DNA of 61,659 nucleotides, the filler included. It is 6 parts of 6 records of this genome, joined end to end, with 100 filler letters (N's around TTAATTAATTAA, not from the genome) between each part and the next. Parts side by side here need not be neighbours in the genome. Positions count along the whole stretch, not along the records: positions 46,434 to 56,534 come from SRR31156797_10029; positions 56,635 to 61,659 come from SRR31156797_10032; 4 more parts are not named here. One strand, written 5' to 3'. Below are positions 50,317 through 60,700 of the stretch, piece by piece (within the stretch, counting starts at the first letter, position 1; every line of letters begins with the position of its first letter). The translations under genes were made by a program, and so were the position numbers. The notes beneath the pieces are model-generated. The model was not told the origin of the DNA and searched no databases. It saw only the letters and a list, made by a program, of their open reading frames with translations.

Positions 50317-50481
50317 ATGGGAAGGAAACGTTGTAAATTATCGCCAAAAGAATATGCCGATAAGATTTGCAATAAGGAGGAGTTTATTTGTCCGAAGTGC
50401 AATCGAGTCGCCAAGAATGCAAATAAATTGTGCAAGGCGGAGAGAATTAAATTAGATAAAGACAAGGTTTTTTACCGATAA
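50317..50481 (+). CDS. Small Cys/Lys-rich protein, 54 aa (absent from the ORF track)
   Basis: MGRKRCKLSPKEYADKICNKEEFICPKCNRVAKNANKLCKAERIKLDKDKVFYR*; ATG 2 nt after the upstream stop. Confidence 0.65.
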   Translation: MGRKRCKLSPKEYADKICNKEEFICPKCNRVAKNANKLCKAERIKLDKDKVFYR

Positions 50482-50563
50482 CTTGAATTAGATTTGAGTG
50501 GTAAGATTTTGAATTTTACATCTTATAGCTTGAGGCTTGTGGCTTTTTTACAGAGTACCATAA

Positions 50564-50647
50564 TCTGATAACCGTTCATTGATCATTGTTAACTGATCAC
50601 TGTTAGTTGATTTTTGTTTACTGATCACTGTTCACTGATAACTGAAA
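50564..50647 (+). repeat. 12 x 7-nt tandem repeat, consensus ACTG(A/T)T(C/A)
   Basis: tctgata accgttc attgatc attgtta actgatc actgtta gttgatt tttgttt actgatc actgttc actgata actgaaa; ends just before the ATG at 50650. Confidence 0.88.
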
Positions 50648-50649
50648 TA

Positions 50650-51384
50650 ATGTTGAATGCAATGATTTTTGCGGCGGGTTTGGGAACTCGTCTTAAACCT
50701 TATACCAATTCGAAACCCAAAGCTTTGGTCGAATTGGCTGGAAAGCCACTTTTGGAAAGAGCCATTGGTAAATTAAAGGATCTTGGAGTTGATCGCATTG
50801 TGATTAATGTGCATCACTTTGCCGATTTAATTGAGGATTTCCTGAAGGAGAATGATAATTTTGGTGTAGATATTCGCATATCAGATGAAAGAGAAGAGTT
50901 GTTGGATACTGGGGGAGGTCTGAAAAAGGCAAAAGACCTGTTCATTCCCAATGCTCCTGTCCTGATTTACAATGTTGATATTCTCTCTACTATAGATTTG
51001 AATAAATTGATTGAAGGTCATCAAAAATCGGAAGCTTTGGTGAGCATGGTGATGCGGAAACGAGAGAGTAGTCGTTACTTGTATTTTAATGCAAACAAAC
51101 AGTTGACCGGCTGGAAGAATTGCAAAACTGGAGAAACCAAAGTAGCTCGTACCGATATGAATGAATCGCAGCCAATGGCTTTTTCAGGCATTCATTTGGT
51201 GGATGCAAAATTGTTCGATTTAATTGAGGAGGAAGGAAAATTCTCCATCATCGATTTGTATTTGCGATTGGCAAAAACTCAAAAAATGATTGCCTTCGCC
51301 GATCAATCGGATCTTTGGTTCGATCTGGGAAAACCAGAACAATTACAGAAAGCAGAGGGTTTAATTAAGAATTACGAATTATAA
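50650..51384 (+). CDS. MurU-like nucleotidyltransferase
   Basis: AMIFAAGLGTRLKPYT..PKALV, INVHH, SDE..LLDTGGGL, YNVD and WFDLGKPE. Confidence 0.85.
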   Translation: MLNAMIFAAGLGTRLKPYTNSKPKALVELAGKPLLERAIGKLKDLGVDRIVINVHHFADLIEDFLKENDNFGVDIRISDEREELLDTGGGLKKAKDLFIPNAPVLIYNVDILSTIDLNKLIEGHQKSEALVSMVMRKRESSRYLYFNANKQLTGWKNCKTGETKVARTDMNESQPMAFSGIHLVDAKLFDLIEEEGKFSIIDLYLRLAKTQKMIAFADQSDLWFDLGKPEQLQKAEGLIKNYEL

Positions 51385-51459
51385 ATTACGAATGTTGGAC
51401 TATTTGACTGTTCGACTATATTACCCTTAGATTATTAGACATTTTAAAAATATAAAAAC

Positions 51460-52089
51460 ATGAATTTAAAACCTATCATCTTCGCAGCAGTTCGCGTGGT
51501 ATTGTATGCCATTCCAGTGGCAGCATCAGCTCTTATTATCAAAAGCGATGCAGGAATATTAATTGATGGAGGAAAGTTTGGTGAAGGCTCGCAAACCGAG
51601 TGGATGCAACAGATGTTCTTGTTGCTAACCAGTTTTGCATTTATTTTGGCAGGAGTTCGTTCCCGAAAGCATCAAGCCATTTCTTACCTGTTTGGAGGTG
51701 GAGCATTGGTAGCTCTAATTCGTGAGTTCGATGTATACTTCGATCAAATTTATCATGGTGCCTGGTTACCGTTTGCAATGTTTGTGTTGCTACTTTCCCT
51801 GTTTTTGGTTTATCGCAAGCGCCAGCAAATTTGGGAAAATCTGGAAGAGTTCTTTACAACACCAGCATTTGGAACTTTTATTGCAGGATTCTTAGGAGTA
51901 TTTGTATTCTCTCGCTTGTTCGGAACCAAGAAAGTTTGGAGAGCATTATTCGATGTGGAAAAATTGGAACCAGTACAGCGTTGGGTGAAAAATGCAGTAG
52001 AAGAGGGAAGTGAATTGTTTGGCTACACCTTGCTGTTTATTGCTGCGGTAGAATTCTTCGTATATGTAAATAAGAAATTGAAAGAGTAA
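51460..52089 (+). CDS. Hypothetical polytopic membrane protein
   Basis: Six hydrophobic segments; IREFD, VFSRLFG and KNAVEEGSELFGY look like conserved motifs. Confidence 0.75.
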   Translation: MNLKPIIFAAVRVVLYAIPVAASALIIKSDAGILIDGGKFGEGSQTEWMQQMFLLLTSFAFILAGVRSRKHQAISYLFGGGALVALIREFDVYFDQIYHGAWLPFAMFVLLLSLFLVYRKRQQIWENLEEFFTTPAFGTFIAGFLGVFVFSRLFGTKKVWRALFDVEKLEPVQRWVKNAVEEGSELFGYTLLFIAAVEFFVYVNKKLKE

Positions 52090-52107
52090 GCTGATATAAA
52101 GCAAAAG

Positions 52108-52137
52108 AAAAGCCGTTCATTATGAACGGCTTTTTTT
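52108..52137. terminator. Bidirectional terminator
   Basis: AAAAGCCGTTCAT-T-ATGAACGGCTTTTTTT. Confidence 0.85.
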
Positions 52138-52152
52138 ATTTTCTGATTTTAT

Positions 52153-53325
52153 TTAATCAATCACACCCGAACCAATCAATTCACCTTCATCATACCAGGC
52201 AGCGAACTGACCCGAAACAACAGCGCGTTGAGGTTCATCAAAATGGATGTATAAACCTTCCTCTTTAAATACGATGGTGCCTTTTTGTAAAGGCTGGCGG
52301 TAACGAATTCTGATGTCGTATCTTCTTTCGCAGTCCTCAGTTGGGCGTAAATCTTCACGAATAAAGTGAATTTCCTCTTTAGGAATAAACAAAGCCTTAC
52401 GCATTAGCAATGGATGCTCGTGTCCCATTCCAACATAAACGATATTTTCTTTTACATCGGTTCCAATAACGAACAAAGGTTCCGCTTTTCCGCCAACATT
52501 TAAGCCTTTACGCTGACCAACAGTGAAGAAATGAGCTCCGTTGTGAGTTCCCACTTCTGTTCCCATATCAGCTGTGAATTGATACGGTTGCGAAATATCT
52601 TCCAAAGCAGTGGATTGTGGAATGATCTCCTTGGCTTTATCCGCCATGATTTCGATGATCTTTCCTTTTTTAGCTTTCAGTTTTTGCTGAAGAAATACCG
52701 GTAAATCTACCTTACCCACAAAACAGATACCTTGAGAATCCTTCTTCTCGGCTGAAGCCATTTTTTCGCGACGCGCAATTTCTCTCACCTCAGGCTTTTC
52801 GATATGCCCAATTGGGAACATCGCCTTTGACAATTGTTCCTGCGAAAGCTGACATAAAAAGTAAGACTGATCTTTATTGTTGTCTTCTCCGGCAATCAAT
52901 CGATATATTTCCTTACCATCTTTAACAATGGTTTCCTTTTGGCAATAGTGACCTGTAGCAACGTAATCAGCACCTAATTCAACAGCTTTCTTTAGGAAAA
53001 CATCGAATTTAATCTCTCGATTACACAATACATCAGGGTTTGGTGTTTTTCCTTTCTCGTACTCGGCAAACATATAATCGATTACTTGTGCACGATACTC
53101 AGTGCTCAAATCCACAAAGTGGAAAGGAATGCCCAATTTCTTGGCAACCATTTGAGCGAATAAAACATCCTCTTCGAAAGGACACTCTTCCGATTTTAAT
53201 CCGACTGTATCATTCCAGTTTTGCATGAAAAGTGCTTCCACTTCGTAGCCTTGCTCAATTAGTAAATGAGCAGCAACACTTGAGTCGACTCCACCCGACA
53301 GTCCGATTACAACTTTTTTCTTCAT
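52153..53325 (-). CDS. mnmA: tRNA 2-thiouridine(34) synthase
   Basis: [46 protein letters not shown] and GQRKGL; TACTTTTG promoter at 53354-53361. Confidence 0.97.
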   Translation of the reverse strand: MKKKVVIGLSGGVDSSVAAHLLIEQGYEVEALFMQNWNDTVGLKSEECPFEEDVLFAQMVAKKLGIPFHFVDLSTEYRAQVIDYMFAEYEKGKTPNPDVLCNREIKFDVFLKKAVELGADYVATGHYCQKETIVKDGKEIYRLIAGEDNNKDQSYFLCQLSQEQLSKAMFPIGHIEKPEVREIARREKMASAEKKDSQGICFVGKVDLPVFLQQKLKAKKGKIIEIMADKAKEIIPQSTALEDISQPYQFTADMGTEVGTHNGAHFFTVGQRKGLNVGGKAEPLFVIGTDVKENIVYVGMGHEHPLLMRKALFIPKEEIHFIREDLRPTEDCERRYDIRIRYRQPLQKGTIVFKEEGLYIHFDEPQRAVVSGQFAAWYDEGELIGSGVID

Positions 53326-53532
53326 CAATTTAATCTCCTTGTTTTTCAAGGGGCAAAAGTATTCATTTTTTGGCTATGTGCCAATTGTGCATGACGAATT
53401 GCAGCTATACTTTTATATAAATATTGTTATGAATTTTTAAGAATTGCTAAAATGAGTTAACTTCGATTAAAGATAAAAAAGCGGAATTTGTTCATTCCAC
53501 TTGATAATAACTGATAACTAAAATTTAATTAT

Positions 53533-54417
53533 ATGAGAAAAATTGCCCTATTAGTGCTTGTTACAATGTTTGCTTTTACTGTAACAGCTCAGGAAAAACA
53601 AGATACTTCCTACTGGAAAAAAGGAGGATTGGCTTCCATTACATTTTCGCAAACTTCATTAACCAATTGGTCGGGAGGTGGAGACAATGCAGTTTCTACT
53701 AATGCTCTTTTAGATCTGCATGCTAATTTCAATAAGGGAAAAAACAGTTGGGAGAACACCATGAAATTGGAATATGGATTGGTAAAACAAGGTGACGAAG
53801 GAGTTCGAAAAAGTATTGATAAGATCGATTTTACATCGAAGTATGGATATAAAAATGGAGGACATTGGTTTTACTCTGCTTTATTGGATTTTAAAACTCA
53901 GTTTGCAAAAGGATACAATTACAGCAGCGAGGATGGAGTTGATGATGTAAAGGTTTCAAATTTTATGGCGCCTGCATACATCACTTTCTCTTTAGGTATG
54001 GATTACAAGCCAAACGAAATTTTCTCGGCTTATCTTTCACCTTTAACTAGTAAAATGACCTATGTAAACGACGATGATTTGTCTGATGCAGGAGCATTTG
54101 GTGTTGATGCAGGAGATAAGTTCAGAGGTGAGTTTGGTGCATTTACAAAGTTGGCTTTGGCAAAAGATATCATGAAGAATGTGAATTTGCAAAGTACCTT
54201 AGATTTATTCACCAACTATTCGGAAAGCTTTGGGAATATTGATGTTACCTGGGATGTGATGATAAATATGAAAATCAATAGTGTGTTGACTGCTACAATT
54301 AATACTTCATTGGTTTACGACGATGATGTAGACTATATTAATGATGAAGGTGTAAATAAAGGACCAAAAATTCAGTTTAAAGAGATTGTTGGTTTAGGAT
54401 TGGCTTACAAGTTTTAG
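53533..54417 (+). CDS. DUF3078 outer-membrane beta-barrel protein
   Basis: FSQ..TNWSGGG, RKSIDK, FKTQFAKGY, FMAPAY..LGMDY and C-terminal GLGLAYKF. Confidence 0.88.
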   Translation: MRKIALLVLVTMFAFTVTAQEKQDTSYWKKGGLASITFSQTSLTNWSGGGDNAVSTNALLDLHANFNKGKNSWENTMKLEYGLVKQGDEGVRKSIDKIDFTSKYGYKNGGHWFYSALLDFKTQFAKGYNYSSEDGVDDVKVSNFMAPAYITFSLGMDYKPNEIFSAYLSPLTSKMTYVNDDDLSDAGAFGVDAGDKFRGEFGAFTKLALAKDIMKNVNLQSTLDLFTNYSESFGNIDVTWDVMINMKINSVLTATINTSLVYDDDVDYINDEGVNKGPKIQFKEIVGLGLAYKF

Positions 54418-54435
54418 AGAAATAAATCAGATCAT

Positions 54436-54475
54436 AAAAAAAAGGAAGAATCACGATGTGGTTCTTCCTTTTTTT
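54436..54475. terminator. Bidirectional terminator
   Basis: A8-GGAAGAATCAC/GTGGTTCTTCC-T7. Confidence 0.85.
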
Positions 54476-54480
54476 ATTTT

Positions 54481-54888
54481 TCATCTCCCTCGCCGAACAA
54501 GTGTTATGCCTGTTTTATCCTCAACAAAAAGAAAATAATGATACAGCTTGTAGTTGATGTCAAAGCCATATTTTTCAAAAGGATGGTAATCGATATAACT
54601 TTCAAAATAGGGATGACCTTGAGTATGTAATCTGTTCCATTCTGAAACATATTGTTGATTCCAATTTCTGTAGTAGGTATTCGAATGGGCTGTAGAGCTT
54701 GTATTTCGAGTGGCAAACCAACTTTCAAAACCAATATCTAAAATTAATAGTTCATATTCTGTACTATCCGCAATATTTGTTTCTGTCATATCCTCATTAG
54801 TAGATTCTGTTCTATTAAAAGCAGAATAACTACTGCAAGCTCCAACTATCAGTGAGATGAATAGGATTAAAATCAAGTTTTTCATCAT
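54481..54888 (-). CDS. DUF6146-like lipoprotein
   Basis: Lipobox VGAC; DSTEYELLILDIGF.SW, YVSEWN and YG..NYKLY.YF.F. Confidence 0.75.
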   Translation of the reverse strand: MMKNLILILFISLIVGACSSYSAFNRTESTNEDMTETNIADSTEYELLILDIGFESWFATRNTSSTAHSNTYYRNWNQQYVSEWNRLHTQGHPYFESYIDYHPFEKYGFDINYKLYHYFLFVEDKTGITLVRRGR

Positions 54889-55010
54889 TAAAACTGTTTT
54901 AAAGTTGAAAAGAAAACCTATGTAGTATGGATAAAATCAATATCCTAAGAGAGTATATACTAAGTAACGTTTAAGGATTTAAAAAGTTGCAGAATATCAG
55001 TGGTTAAAAG

Positions 55011-55040
55011 AAAAAGGCAGATGATATACACCTGCCTTTT
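55011..55040 (-). terminator. Intrinsic terminator
   Basis: AAAAGGCAG/CTGCCTTTT stem downstream of the T9SS substrate. Confidence 0.7.
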
Positions 55041-55058
55041 AAAGTATGTAGCAATTGA

Positions 55059-56534
55059 TTACAATTTAATCAATTTTTTAGTGATGATTTCTTCGCCATC
55101 TTCAACTGAAATGAAATACATTCCTGAAGGAAGCTCTGAAATATCAATGTTGTTATTTTCCATATCAAGAGTCATTACCTTAATGGTTTTACCTGTAATT
55201 GAGCTAATACGAACTCTCGACTGTATGTTACCTTGAATAAATAGGTTCACAAAATCTTTAGCAGGGTTTGGATACAACTTCAATTCTTCAACTGGAGGTG
55301 TATCACTTAATGGTAAACCAAAAGTCATGGTCTTGCTAGCAAAAGAAGGAGCTGAGTCGGAAATGTTAATGGTGTAGTCTTCAACTTCACCCTGATTGAA
55401 AATCTGACAAGCACTTGAAGCAGCTCTTCTGTGTTTCAGAATAACTCTCATTCTTGTGTGTCCCAATACTGCATCAGCAGGAACAGAAACATTTGTTGAT
55501 GAAATGCCCGAACTAACTGTATAACCAGAAGTCACCAATTCGTTATTTGAGAAAGTACCATCGCGATTAAAATCGATATATATTTTCCAGTTGCTGGTAT
55601 AGGTTCTTGATTTGTATGCCAATGAGAAGTTTAAAGTGTAATTTCCACCCGGTGCTACATTTGCAACAAGTCCGGTATAATCACCATATCCACCATCATC
55701 ACCCGAAGGATTACTCATATCAGCAAACTCAACCAAATCAATGTATTGATATCTGGTCTTTTTACCATAAGAGTCACAGTATTCAGGAGTTGGAGATTCG
55801 CCAAGAGTAGTTAGCGATTGAATTCCTGTATAATTACTATCTCCAGAGCTGTTTGTTGCTCTAACTTGATATTCGTAAGTGGTTTCAGCAAATGCACCTG
55901 TGTAATCAAAATTAGTTGAGGATGTTGAGAATGATTCCCAAGCTCCGTCTAGTTCTCTTACCTGAACATCGTAGTTATCTGCAAACTGCATAGAGTTCCA
56001 GCTTAATTCAAAAGCACTTGAAGTAATATTGGAAGCAGTTAAACCAGTTGGAATTTCAGGAACAGGGATAGGAGCTGTTGTTAAGTTTCCTACAGCAGAA
56101 TAAGTTCCTGAACCAACATCATTATTGGCTCTAACACGGAATTCGTAATCCGATGATGCATCAGCAGGACTATAATCTTGTGATGTCGCATTGGTATTAA
56201 ATGATTCCCAATTGCCACCTGATATTCTAATGTCTACATCATAATCGTCGGCATCAGCAACTGCATTCCAATTAATGGTAAATGAATTGTAAGTCACGTT
56301 CGAAGCAGTTACATTTTGTGGAATTCCCGGAACGGTTGGTTCTTCCAAAGTTGTTGCGGACACAATTCCTGAATAGGCACTTGAACCAAATGCATTATTA
56401 GCTCTTACATGAAATTCATAAGTTGTATTGCCTGTTAAACCAGTGTAGTTATATGATGTTCCAGTTTGAGTGATAGTAGTCCATGCGCCACCACTAGGTT
56501 TTACTTGTAAATCATAGTTATCCGTATCTGCTGT
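55059..56534 (-). CDS. T9SS type-A substrate with at least 3 fibronectin-III repeats and a GEVED domain, 5' truncated
   Basis: Frame open to the contig edge; repeated W..DxYD(L/V)..Y(E)F.VRA.N..G; GEVEDY; LYPNPAK..LPSGMYF..KKLIK C-terminal domain. Confidence 0.9.
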   Translation of the reverse strand, partial: TADTDNYDLQVKPSGGAWTTITQTGTSYNYTGLTGNTTYEFHVRANNAFGSSAYSGIVSATTLEEPTVPGIPQNVTASNVTYNSFTINWNAVADADDYDVDIRISGGNWESFNTNATSQDYSPADASSDYEFRVRANNDVGSGTYSAVGNLTTAPIPVPEIPTGLTASNITSSAFELSWNSMQFADNYDVQVRELDGAWESFSTSSTNFDYTGAFAETTYEYQVRATNSSGDSNYTGIQSLTTLGESPTPEYCDSYGKKTRYQYIDLVEFADMSNPSGDDGGYGDYTGLVANVAPGGNYTLNFSLAYKSRTYTSNWKIYIDFNRDGTFSNNELVTSGYTVSSGISSTNVSVPADAVLGHTRMRVILKHRRAASSACQIFNQGEVEDYTINISDSAPSFASKTMTFGLPLSDTPPVEELKLYPNPAKDFVNLFIQGNIQSRVRISSITGKTIKVMTLDMENNNIDISELPSGMYFISVEDGEEIITKKLIKL

Positions 56535-56634
56535 NNNNNNNNNNNNNNNNNNNNNNNNNNNNNNNNNNNNNNNNNNNNTTAATTAATTAANNNNNNNNNN
56601 NNNNNNNNNNNNNNNNNNNNNNNNNNNNNNNNNN
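56535..56634. other. Artificial contig linker
   Basis: N44-TTAATTAATTAA-N44. Confidence 0.99.
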
Positions 56635-57704
56635 CGGTTGTAGAGGGCTTCTCCGTGAAGCTCCAGCTTTTCGAAGGCTGCAGAAAAACCGCCCGAGGTC
56701 TGAAGGACCGGTATGACCTCCTCAGTCCCGCCTGTTACGACGTCCATTGTCCGAACCGCTTTCGTGACAATATTTCCATTCAGTCCGTAAAACCCGGAGG
56801 CGAAAAGATCTATCCCTTTCATCCGTGTTTTGATTTTCAAAAGGCAGGAAATGTTCTCCGGACTGATTTCCGGATAGTTTTCAGAAAGAGAGGCAACTTC
56901 AAGGGGGGATGACACGGCCGATTCTGTAAAAGGATAGTACCCCCAGCGTGAGTACCGGGAGTAGTAATTGTTGCCCTGATAAACGGGAAAGACGATGGCC
57001 GATATATCCCAGTCCCCAAGGTAATAGTCCGCCTCCAAAAGAAGACGGCCTCTCGTGATCCCCGAGAAGGGATTTGTCAAATCTTCGAAGCTATAGACAT
57101 CGGCCGGTGAATAAAGGGAGGAGAGGGTGTTGGAGATGATCTTTCTCCCCAAATAGAGATCCAGGTTCTCCAGGAAGAGGCTGAGGTAGGCTTCTATAAG
57201 CGAGATATTCGGTCTGCCTCCCTCCTTGTCCTGGAGGAAGTCGGAAATGGAATTCTCCAGAGGATCAGCCAGGGCCGGATAGTAGATCTCCTCCTGGTTC
57301 CCGAACTGGCTCAGTATTTCAGCGGTCAACCGAAGAGGTCCCCGTTCACAGAAGGTAGAAACCGTGGTCCGGGATTCAAACACAAGGGTATCATCCTCGG
57401 GTTCATAACCCGCTCCTTCCGTTGGATTCAGCTCCTCGAAGAAGTAGGTGGCTGTCCCTGTGGTCTTTCCCTGCAGATTGGTATAGAGCTGATCAATGAG
57501 AGCAGGAGTCTGTTCAGGCCTCTCTTCCTCAAAGGTTTCGAGGGCAAGGTCCGGGGCCGGAGACAGTTCTTCCGGGTCCTGGAATAGCGCTGAATCATCA
57601 TCACTGAAGATATCCAGAAGAAAATCATCCTCGTTTTCATCCTGGGCGAGGAGGGGGGAGAACATAAGGAGGGAAGCCATTATCAACAGGGTTCTTTTTT
57701 TCAT
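56635..57704 (-). CDS. Putative outer-membrane beta-barrel protein, 3' truncated
   Basis: Signal peptide, acidic N-terminus, then L.EAYL..LDL..GRK..SP.D beta-strand pattern; 4-nt overlap with the MMPL gene. Confidence 0.7.
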
Positions 57705-60700
57705 AGTTCTTCCTTTTGCAGTGTAATAACCTTGTCCGTCATATCAACCAGTCGGTTGCCGAGGACAGCGGCAATATTACGGTAGAGTTTCATGGAGATG
57801 GATTTCGAGTGTTTTTCCAGTCGTTCCAGACCGGACCAGTCGATTTCGAGGAAAGTGACCTCTTCAAGTGCCGTGACTGTGGCCGTCCGCCTGACATTTC
57901 GCAGGAGTGATATTTCTCCCAGGATGGCCCCGGTTCCGATAGAGGTAAGGAAGAGGGGCTCGCCGTTATCAGGAGCTTCCCTGACAATAGAAACCTTACC
58001 TGAGAGGAGAATGTAGATCTTCTGTTCCCATTCACCGGTGTTGATGATGTTTTCTCCGGGGTCCTTGGTACAGACTTTCCCCATCAGCACAAACCGCTTA
58101 ATCTCGTTCATGGACATATCCCTGAACACAGGCGATTCCATCAGTTCCTCCGCCAGCTTAAGATTATAGAGGTCCGTTATATTCACAACCTGGAAACGGC
58201 TCAAGAGGATAGGGGTTATCAGAAGATCGGCAAGGAGGGCTCCAAGGATAACCAGACCGGATAGGATTCCGAAGTAAACGAGGGGCATCAGCTGGGCAAG
58301 GGTCAGGATTACAAAACTCAGGATAAGGGAGATCGATGTCGATATGATCGGTCTGATTTCCTCCTGCATGACCTTTGTTACCGCGGCGCTGCTGTCCTGG
58401 AGGGAGCGCATTTCTCTGTTGAAACTGGTCATAAAGTGAATGGTGTCATCCACGGAGAGTCCTATGGCAATGGCGGCCACCATGCAGGTGCCCAGATTCA
58501 GGGGAATGTGAAAGATTCCCATGATCCCGAAGAAAAGAAAAACGGGAAATAGATTGGGAATAAGGGAAAGGAGACCCGCCCGGATATTCATAAAAAGGAT
58601 CGACATGATAATGAAGATCGTCGTCAAAAGGAGTCCCAGGCCGAGGACCTGGCTGCGGGTAATGGAGTCGGCAGCTTCATTGATCAGGAGGTTCTCTCCT
58701 GTGATTTTGAAGGAGAGTCCGGGATCCGTCTCATTTATGATCCGGCGGATTTCATTTTCCAGTGCAGCCACGGTGTCCTGGATGGTTCTGGAAGAGGAGA
58801 GGTTGTGTTTGATGATCATCCTCGCCTCACTCCAGTCGGCAGTCACATAGGGTTCGATCTCTTCTCTGTGGAGGTTGATAACATACTGAGCGATGAGATT
58901 GGCCGAAAGGGGATCCGCAGGATCCGGAATGCGGTTGAACTCTCCGGGGAGACCAACGTTCATCTCTCTGTTCAGCATCTTTATGTAATCGGAGATGGAA
59001 ATTATTTTATCCAAATCATAGTTGTCAATGAGCTCGGCGCCCATCCTGTCCAGGAGATCCAGATAAAGCGGATCCTTGAAGAGGGGGAGACTTTCGGTTT
59101 CCTCGGGAGCCATAAGGTTTATTTCCTGATCATCAAAAAGAGCGAAATCTTCCGACTCGGCAAAAAGGGAGATCTCGTCTTCCATAAAGCCCGGATCTTC
59201 TTCCGGGTTCTCAAAAAGAAGAAGATCTTCCTCCTCCGAATCAAAGAGCTCCCCTTTTTCAATTTCACCGGTTGAGGAGACTTCGGGGAGTGCTGGCGGG
59301 GACTCCCGCCAGATAACAACCTGAAAGGAGGCCGTTCCAGCCATTTCCTCTTCCATGATTGTCAGTCGCTGTTTCAGTTCGGATCCTGTTTTGAAAAAGC
59401 CTTTTGTGTCGTTATCGACCTCAATCAGAAAAGAAAAACCGGCTATCAATACAGCACTCCCCAGGAGGATTAAAAGAACCCTTCTCCCTTTTTTGTTTAT
59501 GAGTGTAATGATTCTCCCTGATAGTCGGTTAAAAATTTCATCCACCCGGGTGCTCTTTTTCTGATTTCCGTCCTTTATGAAATATTTGAGATAGAGAGGG
59601 GAGAGCAGGAAGGTTGTTATCGGATTAATGAACATGGCAAATCCGGCAGTGATCCCGAACTGAATGAGTGCCGTAATTTCATTGATCGATATCGAAAGGA
59701 AGCCCAGGAAGGTTGTCAATGAGGTGAGGACAACCGCGGTCCCCAGGGTGATTGAAAGTTTTCGGATGGCCCTGTCAGGATTCTTTTCTGTAAGCTGTAT
59801 CTCCTTGTAGGAGGCGAGGATGTGCACATCTTCAGATGAGCCGATCACGATGACGAGAATAGGGACGATAAATGTGACCAGGTTGAGGGGGATCCCGAGG
59901 ACTCCCATAAACCCGAAGGTGTAAAGAATACTCAATCCGGAGGTGAGAATGGGGAGCAGGGCATTGGTCAGGGAGCCCATTGTCAGGGTCAGCATAACCA
60001 TAAGGATTATGAAGGCCGCCGGGATGAGGAGGGTCATATCATGCAATATGATCGTTGTGATCTGCTCCGACATATAAGGACGACCGATTTCAAACATCAT
60101 CTTGAAATGGTCGGCATATCCCGGATTCTCTCCGTCACCCTCAAGGATCTCCCTGACTTTGAGAACCGTCTCGGTGGCATCCTCCTCCCTGGAGGGATCG
60201 ATGGGTGTCAGGTAAATATTGATCATTGTGGCATTTCCACTTTCGGAAATCAGGTTCCGTTCGAAAATAGGGTTTTCAAGAGCATTTTTCTGTATGGCCA
60301 AAGCCTCTTCCCTTGTTTCGGGGGCGGTCTCCATCAAGGGGCCGGTATCCAGAGAATCAAGGGAGCCCTTGATATTATTTACAGAGAAAAGGCTTTCGAT
60401 TCTGTTGATATCGGGGAATTCCTCCGGGCGATCGATTTTCTGGATGAACTCTTCCAGATACCCGAGCTTCTCGGGTGTGAATAACTCCGGGTCTTCGACA
60501 TAAACGGCCAGGACGTTATCCGAGGTAAACTTTTCCAGGGACTCGGTGTAGTACAGCCGGTTCGGATCGTTGCGCATCATCATTGAAGAGGGGGAGGAAT
60601 CTATATAAATTTTCCCCGCCTGAAATGCCGCCAGAAGTCCGCCCACCAGGATAATGATTATAGCAATTAAGGGGTGCTTGTTACTGAAATTAAAGAGTTT

